A DNA stretch of 64,000 bases from Octopus vulgaris (taxonomy: Eukaryota): assembly GCA_951406725.2 (NCBI GenBank), contig OX597827.1:72788001-72852000 (forward strand), written 5' to 3'. The notes beneath the pieces were generated by a model that ran no database searches, was not told where the DNA came from, and was given only the letters and a program-made list of their open reading frames with translations. Both the position numbers and the translations under genes were made by a program. Position 1 is the stretch's first letter. Every line of letters begins with the position of its first letter. Shown here piece after piece: positions 1 through 11,496 of the stretch.

Positions 1-4
1 AGAG

Positions 5-37
<33 letters not shown>

Positions 38-351
38 TCACACACAATGAGCTTCTTTCAGTTTCTGTCCACCAAATCCACTCACAAGGCTTTGGTCAGC
101 CTGTGGCAATAGTAGAAAGCACTTGCCCAAGGTGCCATGCACTGGAACTGAACCTGGAATCATGTGGTTTGGCTGTAAGATTCCACACAGTCACACCACT
201 GCCTGTTGAAAGATATTTTTATTTGCCTTTGGTGCATCATCAATCATATTGTTGCCCTCTGAGAATACAATGTCTTTCCTATTCATATGCTAACCCCAAC
301 AAAAGATTTTTTTGGGGAAAATGCGTTTGAAATATAAATAATGTAACCGTT

Positions 352-1338
352 TTAACCCTTTCGTTACTGTATTTATTTTGAGATGCTCTGTGTTTCTTTC
401 AATTAATTTTAAATATAACAAAGAATTTAGTAAAATAACTTAGTTATCATTAAGCTAGTGTTAGGAACATAAATTGTGACTAAGGTTTGGTGGAAGATTT
501 TAATTCAAAACTTATGAAGACAAGACATTTGTACTACAGAGCCAGAGGCAGTTTCAGCCAGGTTGGTATCAAAAGGGTTAAGAATTGTTTCTCTATTATA
601 TATTTTAACCCTTTCGTTACCATATTTCTGTTGAGATGCTCTGTGTTTCTTTCAATTAATTTTAAATATAACAAAGAATTTAGTAAAATAACTTAGTTAT
701 CATTCAGCTAGTGTTAGGAACATAAATTGTGACTAAGGTTTGGTGGAAGATTTTAATTCAAAACTTATGAAAACAAGACATTTGTATTACAGATCCAGAG
801 CCAGTCTCAGCTGGGTTGGTAACAAAAAGGTTAAGAATTGTTTCTCTATTATATATTTTAACCTTTTCTTAACTGTATTTATTTTGAGGTGCTCTGAGTT
901 TCTTTCAATTACTTTAAATATAACAAAGAATTTAGTAAAATAACTTAGTTATCATTCAGCTAGTGTTAGGAACATAAATTGTGACTAAGGTTTGGTGGAA
1001 GATTTTAATTCAAAACTTATGAAAACAAGACATTTGTATTACAGAGCCAGAGCCGGTTTCAGCTGGATTGCTATCAAAAGGGTTAAGAATTGTTTCTCTA
1101 TTATATATTTTAACCTTTTCTTAACTGTATTTATTTTGAGGTGCTCTGAGTTTCTTTCAATTACTTTAAATATAACAAAGAATTTAGTAAAATAACTTAG
1201 TTATCATTCAGCTAGTGTTAGGAACATAAATTGTGACTAAGGTTTGGTGGAAGATTTTAATTCAAAACTTATGAAAACAAGACGTTTGTGCCACACAGCC
1301 AGAGCTGGTTTCAGCTGGGTTGGGAACGAAAGGGTTAA
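352..1338. mobile_element. Tandem array of four ~252-bp units of a piggyBac-like non-autonomous MITE (family P1)
   Basis: Each unit is bounded by TTAA and CC(C)TTT...AAAGG(G). Units start at ~352, 605, 858 and 1110. The outermost termini are a perfect 10-bp TIR, CCCTTTCGTT/AACGAAAGGG. TTAA target plus CCC..GGG ends is the piggyBac signature. Confidence 0.8.
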
Positions 1339-1622
1339 ATATTTAATTATAAGAAAATTTACAGCCCCTTCTAAACACCCACTGCTCCACCACCATAGGG
1401 CTCTCAGAACACTTGCACTTTTGTGTGCTCACAATGTCCTTAAGTGGGTACTATTACATAGGTTAATAATCACTGATTTTGAGTGCACAGTCTAACCCTA
1501 ATTCCATGAATTCCTTGTGAATTAAGCCAGTTTCATTTCGTAAGGTACGTCTAAGGTGGTACCACAGTTTGTCTCTTTTACAACAGAACAGAAACAACAC
1601 CAGAATCAAAATTTAATGAGAG

Positions 1623-1628
1623 TTTATT
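1623..1628 (-). terminator. Candidate UFD1 polyadenylation signal AATAAA
   Basis: TTTATT on + (AATAAA on -), ~75 nt after the UFD1 stop codon. Confidence 0.5.
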
Positions 1629-1700
1629 CAACTAGTTAAGTTGCAGTCATAGATTTTGAAGTGTGAAAAAAAAAAAACAATGGAAATAATAAATAATTCT

Positions 1701-1760
1701 TTACTTCGTAAGGACTTCACCAGTTCCTGAGAAAGCTTCAAATTTAAACTTCATAACCTG
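1701..1760 (-). CDS. UFD1: UFD1 exon 12 (last): QVMKFKFEAFSGTGEVLTK*
   Basis: Poly-T tract plus TAG/CAG acceptor, phase 0. Contains an SHP-type motif FSGTGEVL. Stop TAA at 1703..1701. Confidence 0.85.
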   Translation of the reverse strand, partial: QVMKFKFEAFSGTGEVLTK

Positions 1761-2058
1761 CTACAAAAAACAAAAACAAAAACAAAATATAAATAAAAAA
1801 TACATATATGCATATTTATATACATCAACAACATCAAAATTTAACATTTAGTGTTCGTTTTTCCATGCTGGCATGGGTTGGATGGCTCCTTAGTTGCAGT
1901 GAAAGCAATCAATCAAGGAAAATGAATACAACAAAATCAAATACCCTCATCCAACATGTCCATAAGCCAGCATGGAAAAATATGGCTGATAAAACTAACA
2001 TGAGGTATGTCTAATAACAGAGATTCAGATCAGAGGGGACCCACCTCTGGACCTTTTA

Positions 2059-2450
2059 ATAATAATAATAATAATAATGAAATTATTGTATACAGTGCTC
2101 AGGTGCACCACAACTTCTCAGAAAGTGCATATAGAGTATATGCAGTAATGTAAAAATGTCTGGAAAGCGAACAATGCATGAGTCAGATACATGCTTGCGT
2201 GTGTATGGAGGGGAGAAAATCAAGTGTAGTGTTGGTGAATCTCAGAAAGCATGGAAGTTTTGAAGGATGCAGTGCTCCGACAACTAACAACTGATGCCAG
2301 CAGTTTGTTCCATGCTTCAGCAACTCTCAGCGTGAAAAAAATGTTTCCTGAAGTCATGGGAGCTGTGCTGTTTTCTGACTTTGTAAATATGTCCACGGGT
2401 GTTAGATGGGCGGAGTTTGAAAAGGTGCTCAGAGTTATTGTTTACAGGTG
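2059..2450 (-). mobile_element. CR1-type LINE 3' end with (ATT)n tail
   Basis: Translates ...HLFKLRPSNTRGHIYKVRKQHSSHDFRKHFF. Near-identical to 10430-10839 in the opposite orientation. Confidence 0.75.
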
Positions 2451-2682
2451 ACCAGGAGGGCACATCAACAGCGCTGCACTGGTGCCAAGGGTTGAACACT
2501 ATGAAGGCCACTATCTCATGTTGGAACACATTCTGCAGTAGGCAGAGATGGCGGGAAATGATGACGATGACCACGATGGTATGTGTGTGTGTGTGTGTAT
2601 GACAAGAGCAGGTAATTCGGCAAGGGAAAATAATAATAATGATGATATATTTTATGTAATTATAAAAACTGTTAATACTTAC

Positions 2683-2758
2683 ATCATTTTCACTTGATGG
2701 ACGAACGGTTCTGATGAATGTAATACTCCCTGTTTTGTAATCGTAATTAGGAACACCA
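2683..2758 (-). CDS. UFD1: UFD1 exon 11: (R)GVPNYDYKTGSITFIRTVRPSSEND
   Basis: CAG acceptor, GTAAGT donor, 76 nt. Matches the GIPNYEFKLGKITFIR region of animal UFD1. Confidence 0.93.
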
Positions 2759-2824
2759 CTGGATGGATAGATAGGCAAAGAGATAGAAAGACATATAAAT
2801 AGACAAATTATAGACAAATTGATA

Positions 2825-2877
<53 letters not shown>

Positions 2878-2925
2878 CATTTATATATATATATATATAC
2901 ATTTATATATATATATATATACATT

Positions 2926-2975
<50 letters not shown>

Positions 2976-3076
2976 TATACATATATATATATACATATAC
3001 ATATATATATACATATACATATACATATATATATATACATATACATATATATATATACATATACATATATATATAT
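2825..3076. repeat. (TA)n/(TACATA)n microsatellite
   Basis: Directly visible. Confidence 0.95.
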
Positions 3077-3077
3077 C

Positions 3078-3460
3078 TCGTCTGGCACCCGTGCCGGTGA
3101 TACGTAAAAGCACCATTCGCTCATGGACGTTTGCCAGCTCTGCCTGGCCCCGTGTAGGTGGCACGTAAAAGCACCATCCGTTCGTGGCCGTTTGCCAGCT
3201 CTGTCTGGCCCCGTGTCGGTGGCACGTAAAAGCACCATCCGTTCGTGGCCGTTCGCCAGCTCTGTCTGGCACCTGTGCAGGTGGCACGTAGAAAACACCC
3301 ACTACACTCGCGGAGTGGTTGGCGTTAGGAAGGGCATCCAGCCGTAGAAACACTGCCAGATCTGACTGGGCCTGACGAAGCCTTCCAGCTTCACAGACCC
3401 CAGTTGACCCGTCCAACCCATGCTAGCATGGAAAGCGGACGCTAAACGATGATGATGATG
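3078..3460 (+). mobile_element. RTE-LINE 3'-UTR/tail repeat with ~50-bp internal tandem units and (GAT)n tail; representative of >15 copies
   Basis: Recurrent motif GGCACGTAAAAAGCACCCACTACAC...GGAAGGGCATCCAGC...AACCCATGCTAGCATGGAAAGCGGACG(T/C)TAAACGATGATG. Other copies at ~4240(-), 5705(-), 7560, 8720, 12010, 19850, 23370, 23845, 28570(-), 47170(-), 48125(-), 50197(-), 59650(-), 60053(-). Related units follow the RTE coding remnant at 33120-33245. Confidence 0.75.
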
Positions 3461-3766
<306 letters not shown>

Positions 3767-3773
3767 CATATAT

Positions 3774-4054
3774 GTGGAGGCGCAATGGCCCAGTAGTTAG
3801 GGCAGCAGACTCGCGGTCGTAGGATCGCAGTTTTGATTCCCAGACCGGGCGTTGAGAGTGTTTATTGAGCGAAAACACCTAAAAAGCTCCACGAGGCTCC
3901 GGCAGGGGGTGGCGATCCCTGCTGTACTCTTTCACCACTCTTTCTCTCACCCTTTCTTCTCGCTTAGCCAGCGGGGTGGCGTCATTCGAAGGCTAAAACA
4001 ATGCGAACGCATTGTGACCAGCGATGTGTAGCAACATCTGATGGTCTGGTCGGT

Positions 4055-4062
<8 letters not shown>
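3774..4062 (+). mobile_element. tRNA-derived SINE, family C (tail type 1)
   Basis: Head GGAGGCGCAATGGCCCAGT(A/G)GTTAGGGCAG... with A-box and B-box-like motifs. Other copies at ~27255-27558(-) and 34541-34810(-). Confidence 0.75.
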
Positions 4063-4113
<51 letters not shown>

Positions 4114-6104
4114 TACACAGATAGATAGATAGAGATAAACAGACAGATATATAAATAGATAGACAGACAAAGAGATAGATAAATAGACTTAGATAGGTAG
4201 ATGCTAGAAATGTAGACATATTTATAAAATGTAACACATCATCATCGTTTAATGTTTGCTTTCGATGCTGGCATGGATTGGATGCTTTGACTGAGAACTG
4301 ACAAACCAGAAGGCTGCACCAGGCTCCAGTCTGATCTGGCAAGTTTTCTACAGCTGGATGCTCTTCCTAACGCCAACCACTTCGAGTGTGTACCACTTCG
4401 AGTGTGTAGTGGGTGCTTTTTCCTTCTACCAGCATGAGGGCCAGTCAGGTGGTACTGGCATCGACCATGCTCGATTGGTGCTTTTTACAGGCCACCAACA
4501 TGGGAGCCAGTCAGGTGGAACTGGCAACAAATACGCTCAAATGGTGCTTTTTACATGCCACTGGCACGTGACCAGTCAGGCGACACTGACATCAACCACA
4601 TTCATATGGTGAATTTTACATGTCACCAGAACGGGAGCCAGCCCAGTGGGACTGGTATCGACCATGCTCAAATGGTGCTTTCTATATGCCAAGGGCAGGG
4701 TTTAATTTTTTTTTAACAGTTCAGTCAAAGGCCATAGGACAGTGATCACGACCCTTTTTGGAACCTCTGACAAGAGTGGTAAGGGTTGAAATTATCCCTC
4801 AAAATGGACACATGGTTTAAATGCTTGTAACAGAATGTAGTTGGCCAAAGACACCCTAAGGTTAGAGTGTGGCTTTATCACAACAGGACAATAGATAAAG
4901 TTGACCACTCAAGTCTATATATAGATTATATTGACCCTAGCAGTTGACTGGTATTTATTTCACTAACCCAGGCGCAGGAGTGGCTGCATAGTAAGTAGTT
5001 TGCTTACCAACCACATGGTTCCGGGTTCAGTCCCACTGCGTGGCACCTTGAGCAAATGTTTTCTACTATAGCTACAAACTGACCAAAGCATTGTGAGTGG
5101 ATTTGGTAGATGGAAACTGAAAGAAGCCCGTTATATATAAATATATGTGTGTGTGTGTGTGTCTGTTCCCCACACACTGCTTGACAACTGGTGTTGGTGT
5201 GTTTACACCCCCATAACTTAGCAGTTCAGTAAAAGAGACTGACAGAATGCTAAGCTTTAAAAAAATAAGTCCAGGGGTTGATTTATTCAAGTAAAACTCT
5301 TTAAGGAGTTACCCCAGCATGGCCACAGTCAAATGAGTGAAACAAGTAAAAAAAGTGAAAAATTATGTCAGTGAAAAATTATCTATTTCTTTATTGCCCA
5401 CAGGGGACTAAACATAGAGGGGACAAAACAAGGACAAACAAAGGGATTAAGTCGATTACATTGACCCCAATGTGTAACTGGTACTTATTTAATCGACCCC
5501 AAAATGATGAAAGGCAATATCGACCTTGGCGGAATTTGAACTTAGAATGTAACGGCAGACGAAATACCGCTAAGCATTTCGTCCAGCGTACAAATGATTC
5601 TGTCAGCTTGCTACCTTCATTGAAAAATTATTCTTCCCCGCTCACTTGCCACTTAATTATTTCTCATTAAGTTTTTAATACTTTCTATATTTAATAGATT
5701 AACATTCGTCGTTTAACGTCCGTTCTCCATGCTAGCATGGGTTGGACGGTTCGACCGGGGATCTGGGAAGCCAGAAGGCTGCACCAGGCTCCGGTCTTAT
5801 CTGGCAATGTTTCTACAGCTGGATGCCCTTCCTAACGCCAACCACACCGTGAGTGTAGTGGGTGCTTTTTACGTGCCACCTGCACAGGTGCCAGGCGAGG
5901 CTGGCATCGGCCACGGTCGGATTGGTGCATTTTACGTGCCACCTGCACGGAAGCCAGTCGAGGCGGCACTGGCTTCGGCCACGATTCGGATGGTGCTTTT
6001 TACGTGCCACCGACACGGAAGCCAGTCGAGGCGGCGCTGGCATCGGCCACGATTCGGATTAACTTAATTATTACTTTAGATGCAGATAGGGTTGTCGAGT
6101 GATA

Positions 6105-6724
6105 TAGTCTTTTCTACTCTAGTTGATCTCGGAGGAACATAAAGACAGACAAATGTAATCTTTTCTCCTCTAGGCACAAGGCCCTGAAATTTTTGGGGAG
6201 AGGGACCAGTCGATTAGATCGACCCCAGTATGCAACTGGTACTTAATTTATCAACCTTGAAAGGATGAAAGGCAAAGTTGGCCCCGGCGGAATTTGAACT
6301 AAGAATGTGAAGAGAAATGAATAAAATCTTTTCTTTTCTAGGTACCAGGCCTGAAATTTTGGGGGAGGGGGCCAGTTGATTAGATTGACCCCAGTATACA
6401 ACTGGTACTTAGTTTATCGACCCTGAAAGGATGAAAAGCAAAGTTGACCTTGGTGGAATTTGAACTCAAAATGTAAAGACAGATGAAATACCTATTTCTT
6501 TATTGCCCACAAGGGGCTAAACACAGAGAGGACAAACAAGGACAGAGAAACGGATTAAGTCGATTATATCGACCCCAGTGCGTAACTGGTACTTATTTAA
6601 TCGACCCCGAAAGGATGAAAGGCAAAATCGACCTTGCCGGAATTTGAACTCAGAACGTAGTGGCAGACGAAATACAGCTAAGCAATTCACCCAGCGTGCT
6701 AACGTTTCTGCCAGCTCGCCACCT
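6105..6724 (-). mobile_element. Cluster of family B SINE units, including a head+body+partial body tandem
   Basis: Repeated CGACCCCGAAAGGATGAAAGGCAAAGTCGACCTCGGCGGAATTTGAACTC-type core. Confidence 0.75.
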
Positions 6725-6773
6725 GTTGAGTAATGTATGGTTTATTGTTCATTCCATAAACAACTCCTTTATA

Positions 6774-7169
6774 GTAGTAGGAGCACTCCATCGGTTACGA
6801 CAACGAGGGTCCCAGCTGATACGATCAACGGAACAGCTTGCTCGTGGAATTAACGTGCAAGTGGCTGAGCACTCCACAGACACGTGTACCCTTAACGTAG
6901 TTCTCGAGGAGATTCAGCGTGACACAGAGAGTGACAAGGCCGGCCCTTTGAAATACAGGTACAACAGAAACAGGAAGAAAGAGTGAGAGAAAGTTGTGGT
7001 GAAAGAGTACAGCAGGGTTCAACCCCCCCCCCCCCGCCCCCGCAGGAGCCTCGTGAAGCTTCAGGTGTTTTCGCTCAATAAACACTCACAATGCCCGGTC
7101 TGGGAATCGAAACCGCGATCCTACGACCGCGAGTCCGCTGCCCTAACCACTGGGCCATTGCGCCTCCAC
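6774..7169 (-). mobile_element. tRNA-derived SINE, family C head with tail type 2, flanked by TSD
   Basis: Same head as 3774 but a different tail. 11-bp direct repeat ACTCCTTTATA at 6763-6773 and 7170-7180. Confidence 0.8.
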
Positions 7170-7277
7170 ACTCCTTTATACCAACCATTGTAAAATCTTG
7201 TACACAGACTAAACGACCCTTCAATAATTACTGACATAACTAAAATACATAATTACTGACACAGATAGCATACGTAC

Positions 7278-7366
7278 CGTTTATGAGCGGCAGGCTGATC
7301 AGCAACGGGCTGGCCGTCGGATATTTTTTTCTTGCCATCGAGTCTGTTTCCTTCCCCAGTGAATGC
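7278..7366 (-). CDS. UFD1: UFD1 exon 10: AFTGEGNRLDGKKKISDGQPVADQPAAHK(R)
   Basis: CAG acceptor, GTACGT donor, 89 nt. Contains the SHP (p97-binding) box FTGEGNRL. Confidence 0.95.
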
Positions 7367-8110
7367 CTGTCAAAGTCAAGAAAAAGAATAAATAATCAAA
7401 GCAAGTAAAAAAAAAAAATCCAAGGGACAGCTGTCAGCTTTAGCGTTTATTCATTAACCTTGTTTCAAATTAATCATGTGTTCTATCAGAGTTTTGACAT
7501 TTGAATGATATGATTGTTTAGTTTTTGAATGACATAAAACAAATCAAAATAGATGAACATCAATGGAATTTGTATCTTTGTGGTACCAGTGCCGGTGGCA
7601 CACAAGAAAACCATCCGAACGTGGCCGTAGCCAGTACCGCATCGACTGGCCTCCGTGCTGTGGGCACGTAACAAACACCATCCAATCGTGGCCGTTTGCC
7701 AGCCTCATCTGGCACCTGTGTCGGTGGCACATAAAAACACCATCCGAGCGTGGCCGTCTGCCAGCCTCATCTGGCACCTGTGTCGGTGGCACATAAAAAA
7801 CACCATCCGAGCATGGCCGTTTGCCAGCCTCGTCTGGCACCTGTGTCGGTGGCACATAAAATCACCCACTACACTCTCGGAGTGGTTGGCGTTAGGAAGG
7901 GCATCCAGCTGTAGAAACACTGCCAGATCTGACTGAACTGGTGCAGCCTTCGGGCTCCCCAGACCCCAGTTGAACCGTCTAACCCATGCTAGCATGGAAA
8001 GCGGACGTTAAATGATGATGATGATGATGTCGGGTAGGTGTAAGAAACCAGATCTTGTCAGTTTGAACATAAAACAGGGAGAGTATTTGGGCTGGACACG
8101 GTCAGTTTAA

Positions 8111-8306
8111 CCCTTTAGCATTTAAACCGGTCACATCCGGCCAAAAGTATTTTGCTTGTTTTATGTTCAAACTGGCTAGATCTGGTCTCTCACACCAACC
8201 CTACAATGTCATCTTAAAAATTAACAGCTACCTCATCAAAATCTCATAGCTACAAGATAATGCCTGATTAGTTCAAAACAATGTGGATAAAAAAGGATTA
8301 AAAGGG
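8111..8306. mobile_element. piggyBac-like MITE, family P2, inserted into an oppositely oriented P2 remnant
   Basis: TTAA|CCCTTTAGC...AAAAGGG|TTAA. Homologous to 54580-54798. Confidence 0.6.
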
Positions 8307-9356
8307 TTAAATGCTAAAATGTTAAAGGATTTCTTCCAGTTGCAGCAGGCATGGCTGTATGGGTTCAATCCCAATGTGTCATATCTTCTATTGTAGTTTC
8401 AAACCAACCAAAGCCTTGTGAAAGACATTTGATAGGTGGAAAGTGGTTTCAATCCCACTGTGTGGCACTTTGGGCAAATGTCTTCAACTACAGCCCCAGG
8501 CTAACAAATGCCTTGTGAGTGAATATGATTAAAGGGAAACTAAAAGAAGCCTGTTGTTTGTATGTATGTACGTATATATGTACATACATAGTGCTTTTCA
8601 CGTATCTCCAGTCCAGGGGTCCTGGCATCTGCCGGGTGCCAGTCATAAAATCGGAATCGAAATTGAACCAATCCTATGACTGGCACCCGGCAGTTGCCAG
8701 GACCCCTGGACTGGAGATAAGTAAAAAGCACCATCCGAATCGTGGCCGAAGCCAGTGCCGCCTCGACTGGCTTCCGTGCCGATGGCACGTAAAATGCACC
8801 AATCCGACCGTGGCCGATGCCAGCCCCGCCTGGCACCAGTGCAGGTGGCACGTAAAAAGCACCCACTACACTCACGGAGTGGTTGGCGTTAGGAAGGGCA
8901 TCCAGCTGTAGAAACATTGCCAGATTAGACTGGAGCCTGGTGCAGCCTTCTGGCTTCCCAGATCCCCGGTCGAACCGTCCAACCCATGCTAGCATGGAGA
9001 ACGGACGTTAAACGATGATGATGATGATGATGATGATGATATATATGCTCATTCTGTTATGGGAGCTTGTCTTACAAGTTGCTAGGCAACCTCATTAATG
9101 CCAGTGGCAGGAAAAGAGCACCCAGTACACACTGCAAAGTGGTTGGTATAAAGAAAGGGCATCCAGTTGTAGAAACCCTGTGAAAGCAGACACTGGGGTT
9201 CGATGCAGTTTCCTAACTTCTCAGATCCTGTTGAACTGTTCAACACACATCAACATAGAATACAGACATTAAATGATGATGATAATGATGATGATGATGA
9301 TGATGACGATGATGATGACGATGATGATGATGATGATATATAGTTGAGTTACTTAC

Positions 9357-9395
9357 ACAGAATTGTGGTGCTGTTTGCTGTGAGTCTGAGGTAAT
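9357..9395 (-). CDS. UFD1: UFD1 exon 9: ITSDSQQTAPQFC
   Basis: Poly-T plus CTAG acceptor, GTAAGT donor, 39 nt, phase 0/0. Bridges exons 8 and 10 in the variable linker. Confidence 0.75.
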
Positions 9396-9567
9396 CTAGA
9401 AAAAAATAATAATAAATAAAAAAATAAAGTTAATGTCATTTAAATATGTAAAATTTATTTATTAAATTTACATTTAATGTAAAATTTACCAATTACATTT
9501 TAACGTACAATGCCATCTTATCTAATTTTATCTTTTATATGAGTCATTGAAGGAAGTTCTACATGAA

Positions 9568-9972
9568 GGCGCAGGCGTGGCTGTGTGGTAAGTAGCTTGC
9601 TAACCAACCACATGGTTCCGGGTTCAGTCCCACTGCGTGGCATCTTGGGCAAGTGTCTTCTGCTATAGCCTCGGGCCGACCAAAGCCTTGTGAGTGGATT
9701 TGGTAGACGGAAACTGAAAGAAGCCTGTCGTATATGTGTATATATATACATATGTGTGTGTGTGTGTTTGTCCCCCTAGCATTGCTTGACAACCGATGCT
9801 GGTGTGTTTACGTCCCCGTCACTTAGCGGTTCGGCAAAAAGAGACCGATAGAATAAGTACTGGGCTTACAAAGAATAAGTTCCGGGGTTGATTTGCTCGA
9901 CTAAAGGCGGTGCTCCAGCATGGCCGCAGTCAAATGACTGAAACAAGCAAAAGAGTACAGAATAAAAAGAGT
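9568..9972 (+). mobile_element. tRNA-derived SINE, family A (~400 bp with internal microsatellite)
   Basis: Head GGCGCAGGCGTGGCTGTGTGGTAAG...GGTTCAGTCCCAC; tail ...CCAGCATGGCCGCAGTCAAATGACTGAAACAAG. Copies at ~4971, 30541, 36695(-), 47480(-), plus many fragments. Confidence 0.8.
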
Positions 9973-10339
9973 ATGAAGATATAATGATGTTTAGGACAAA
10001 GTGAATCTGAGTGTAGCATGTCTGTGAGGAAGATGCCTTTGTCATAGCAAGAAAATCTCCAACTACAGGAGCACCTTTGATTCTATGTGTGGGAAGTTAA
10101 GACTTACCAGGGGCTAAATAACAGTTTGTTTATCTCTAGACATTAGATAATGAGATAATTTATAAACAGACCGGATATTTTTTTAGATAATTTATGCTTC
10201 TTCTGCCAGTATAGTTAAAAAGCTTTACAACCATGTAGATCTAGGTTTAATCCCATAATGTAACAAAGAAGAGTTTTCCTCTCAGACTTGAAGCCCTCTC
10301 CAACAGTATACAGGAAGATGATTCTCCTGCATGAGGTCT

Positions 10340-10839
10340 TTTCCATTATTGCAGAAGAAGTCCCATCATTCCTCATGCCTTACTTCCCTGGGCATGGACA
10401 CATTGAAACGTCTGGCAGCTGACTTGGCAGACACCCATAAAATTATCAACCATCTTATAAACAATAACTCTGAGCACCTTTTCAAACTCCACCCGTCTAA
10501 CGGCCGTGAACATATTTACAAAGTCAGAAAACAGCACAGCTCCCATGACTTCAGGAAACATTTTTTCACGCTGAGAGTTGCTGAAGCATGGAACAAACTG
10601 CCGGCATCAGTTGTTAGTTGTCGGAGCACTGCATTCTTCAAAACTTCCATGCTTCCTGAGATTCGCCAACACTACACTTGATTTTCTCCCCTCCATACAC
10701 ACACAGGCATGTATCTGACTCATACATTGTTCGCTTTCCAGACATTTTTACATTACTGCATGTACTTTATATGCACTTTCTGACAAGTTGTGGTGCACCT
10801 GAGCACTGTATACAATAATTTCATTATTATTATTATTAT
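10340..10839 (+). mobile_element. CR1-type LINE 3' end
   Basis: ORF 10331-10681 ends ...HFFTLRVAEAWNKLPASVV, typical of a CR1-clade ORF2 C-terminus. (ATT)n tail. Confidence 0.8.
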
Positions 10840-11409
10840 AAAAACATGTGAAAAGAAACGAATGTAACTGAAATATTTGCCAATCACTGATAAGGTACAT
10901 GTATGGTTGTGTGGTTCAGAAATTTGTTTCTTGATGACACTGTCCCAGGTTCAATCCCACAATGTACACCTTGGGCAAGTGTCTCCTACCATGGCTCCAG
11001 GTTGACTAATACCTTGTGAACAGATGATAAAATTAAAAGAAGCTCATTCTACATTATGTGTGTGTATGTATAAATACATATATGTGTGTGTGTGTCATTA
11101 TGAGTGCGTGTATGGTTGTGTCTCCTTGTCCTGACATTGTGTGATAGCCGTAAATGAGCGTCACTGTCATACAAGCAGTGTCATTCATTTCCCAATATCC
11201 TGTGAAAACAAATCTGACCATGGAGGAATAATATTATCTTGCTTGGAAACAGGTGAGGGTTGGTGTTGAAAGGGGCACTGAGCTGTCGAAAATCTTCCTC
11301 AAAAAAATTCTGTGTCTCATGCAACTGTGGAAAAGTGAAAATTGACCAATGACGATGATGATGATGAGAATGATATGACAGGCATTTAACAATATCTTAT
11401 GGAAGTTAC

Positions 11410-11496
11410 CTCATGGTCTTTATCTTCTTCTTCATCTGAAGATGTTTTATGCATTGAGTGAGGTTCTTGATAGCCAACAGGTGGAGCAAATTCAAC
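11410..11496 (-). CDS. UFD1: UFD1 exon 8: VEFAPPVGYQEPHSMHKTSSDEEEDKDHE
   Basis: CAG acceptor, GTAACT donor, 87 nt. Matches the VDFDAPLGYKEP motif. Confidence 0.93.

Noticed and set aside
487-1495. Four near-identical short ORFs (MVEDFNSKLMKTRH...) as a tandem gene family, and the array as a CRISPR
   Set aside because: They start at TTG, lie inside a MITE array, and the spacers are identical rather than variable. The context is eukaryotic with no cas genes.
5729-9000. Recurrent ORFs MLAWVGR...[12 protein letters not shown]
   Set aside because: Incidental frames of the high-copy RTE 3'-tail repeat, with no consistent start, stop or frame between copies.
9568-9650. SINE heads as tRNA genes (also 3774, 14866, 60805)
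   Set aside because: A and B boxes are present but no intact cloverleaf, and each runs into a SINE body.
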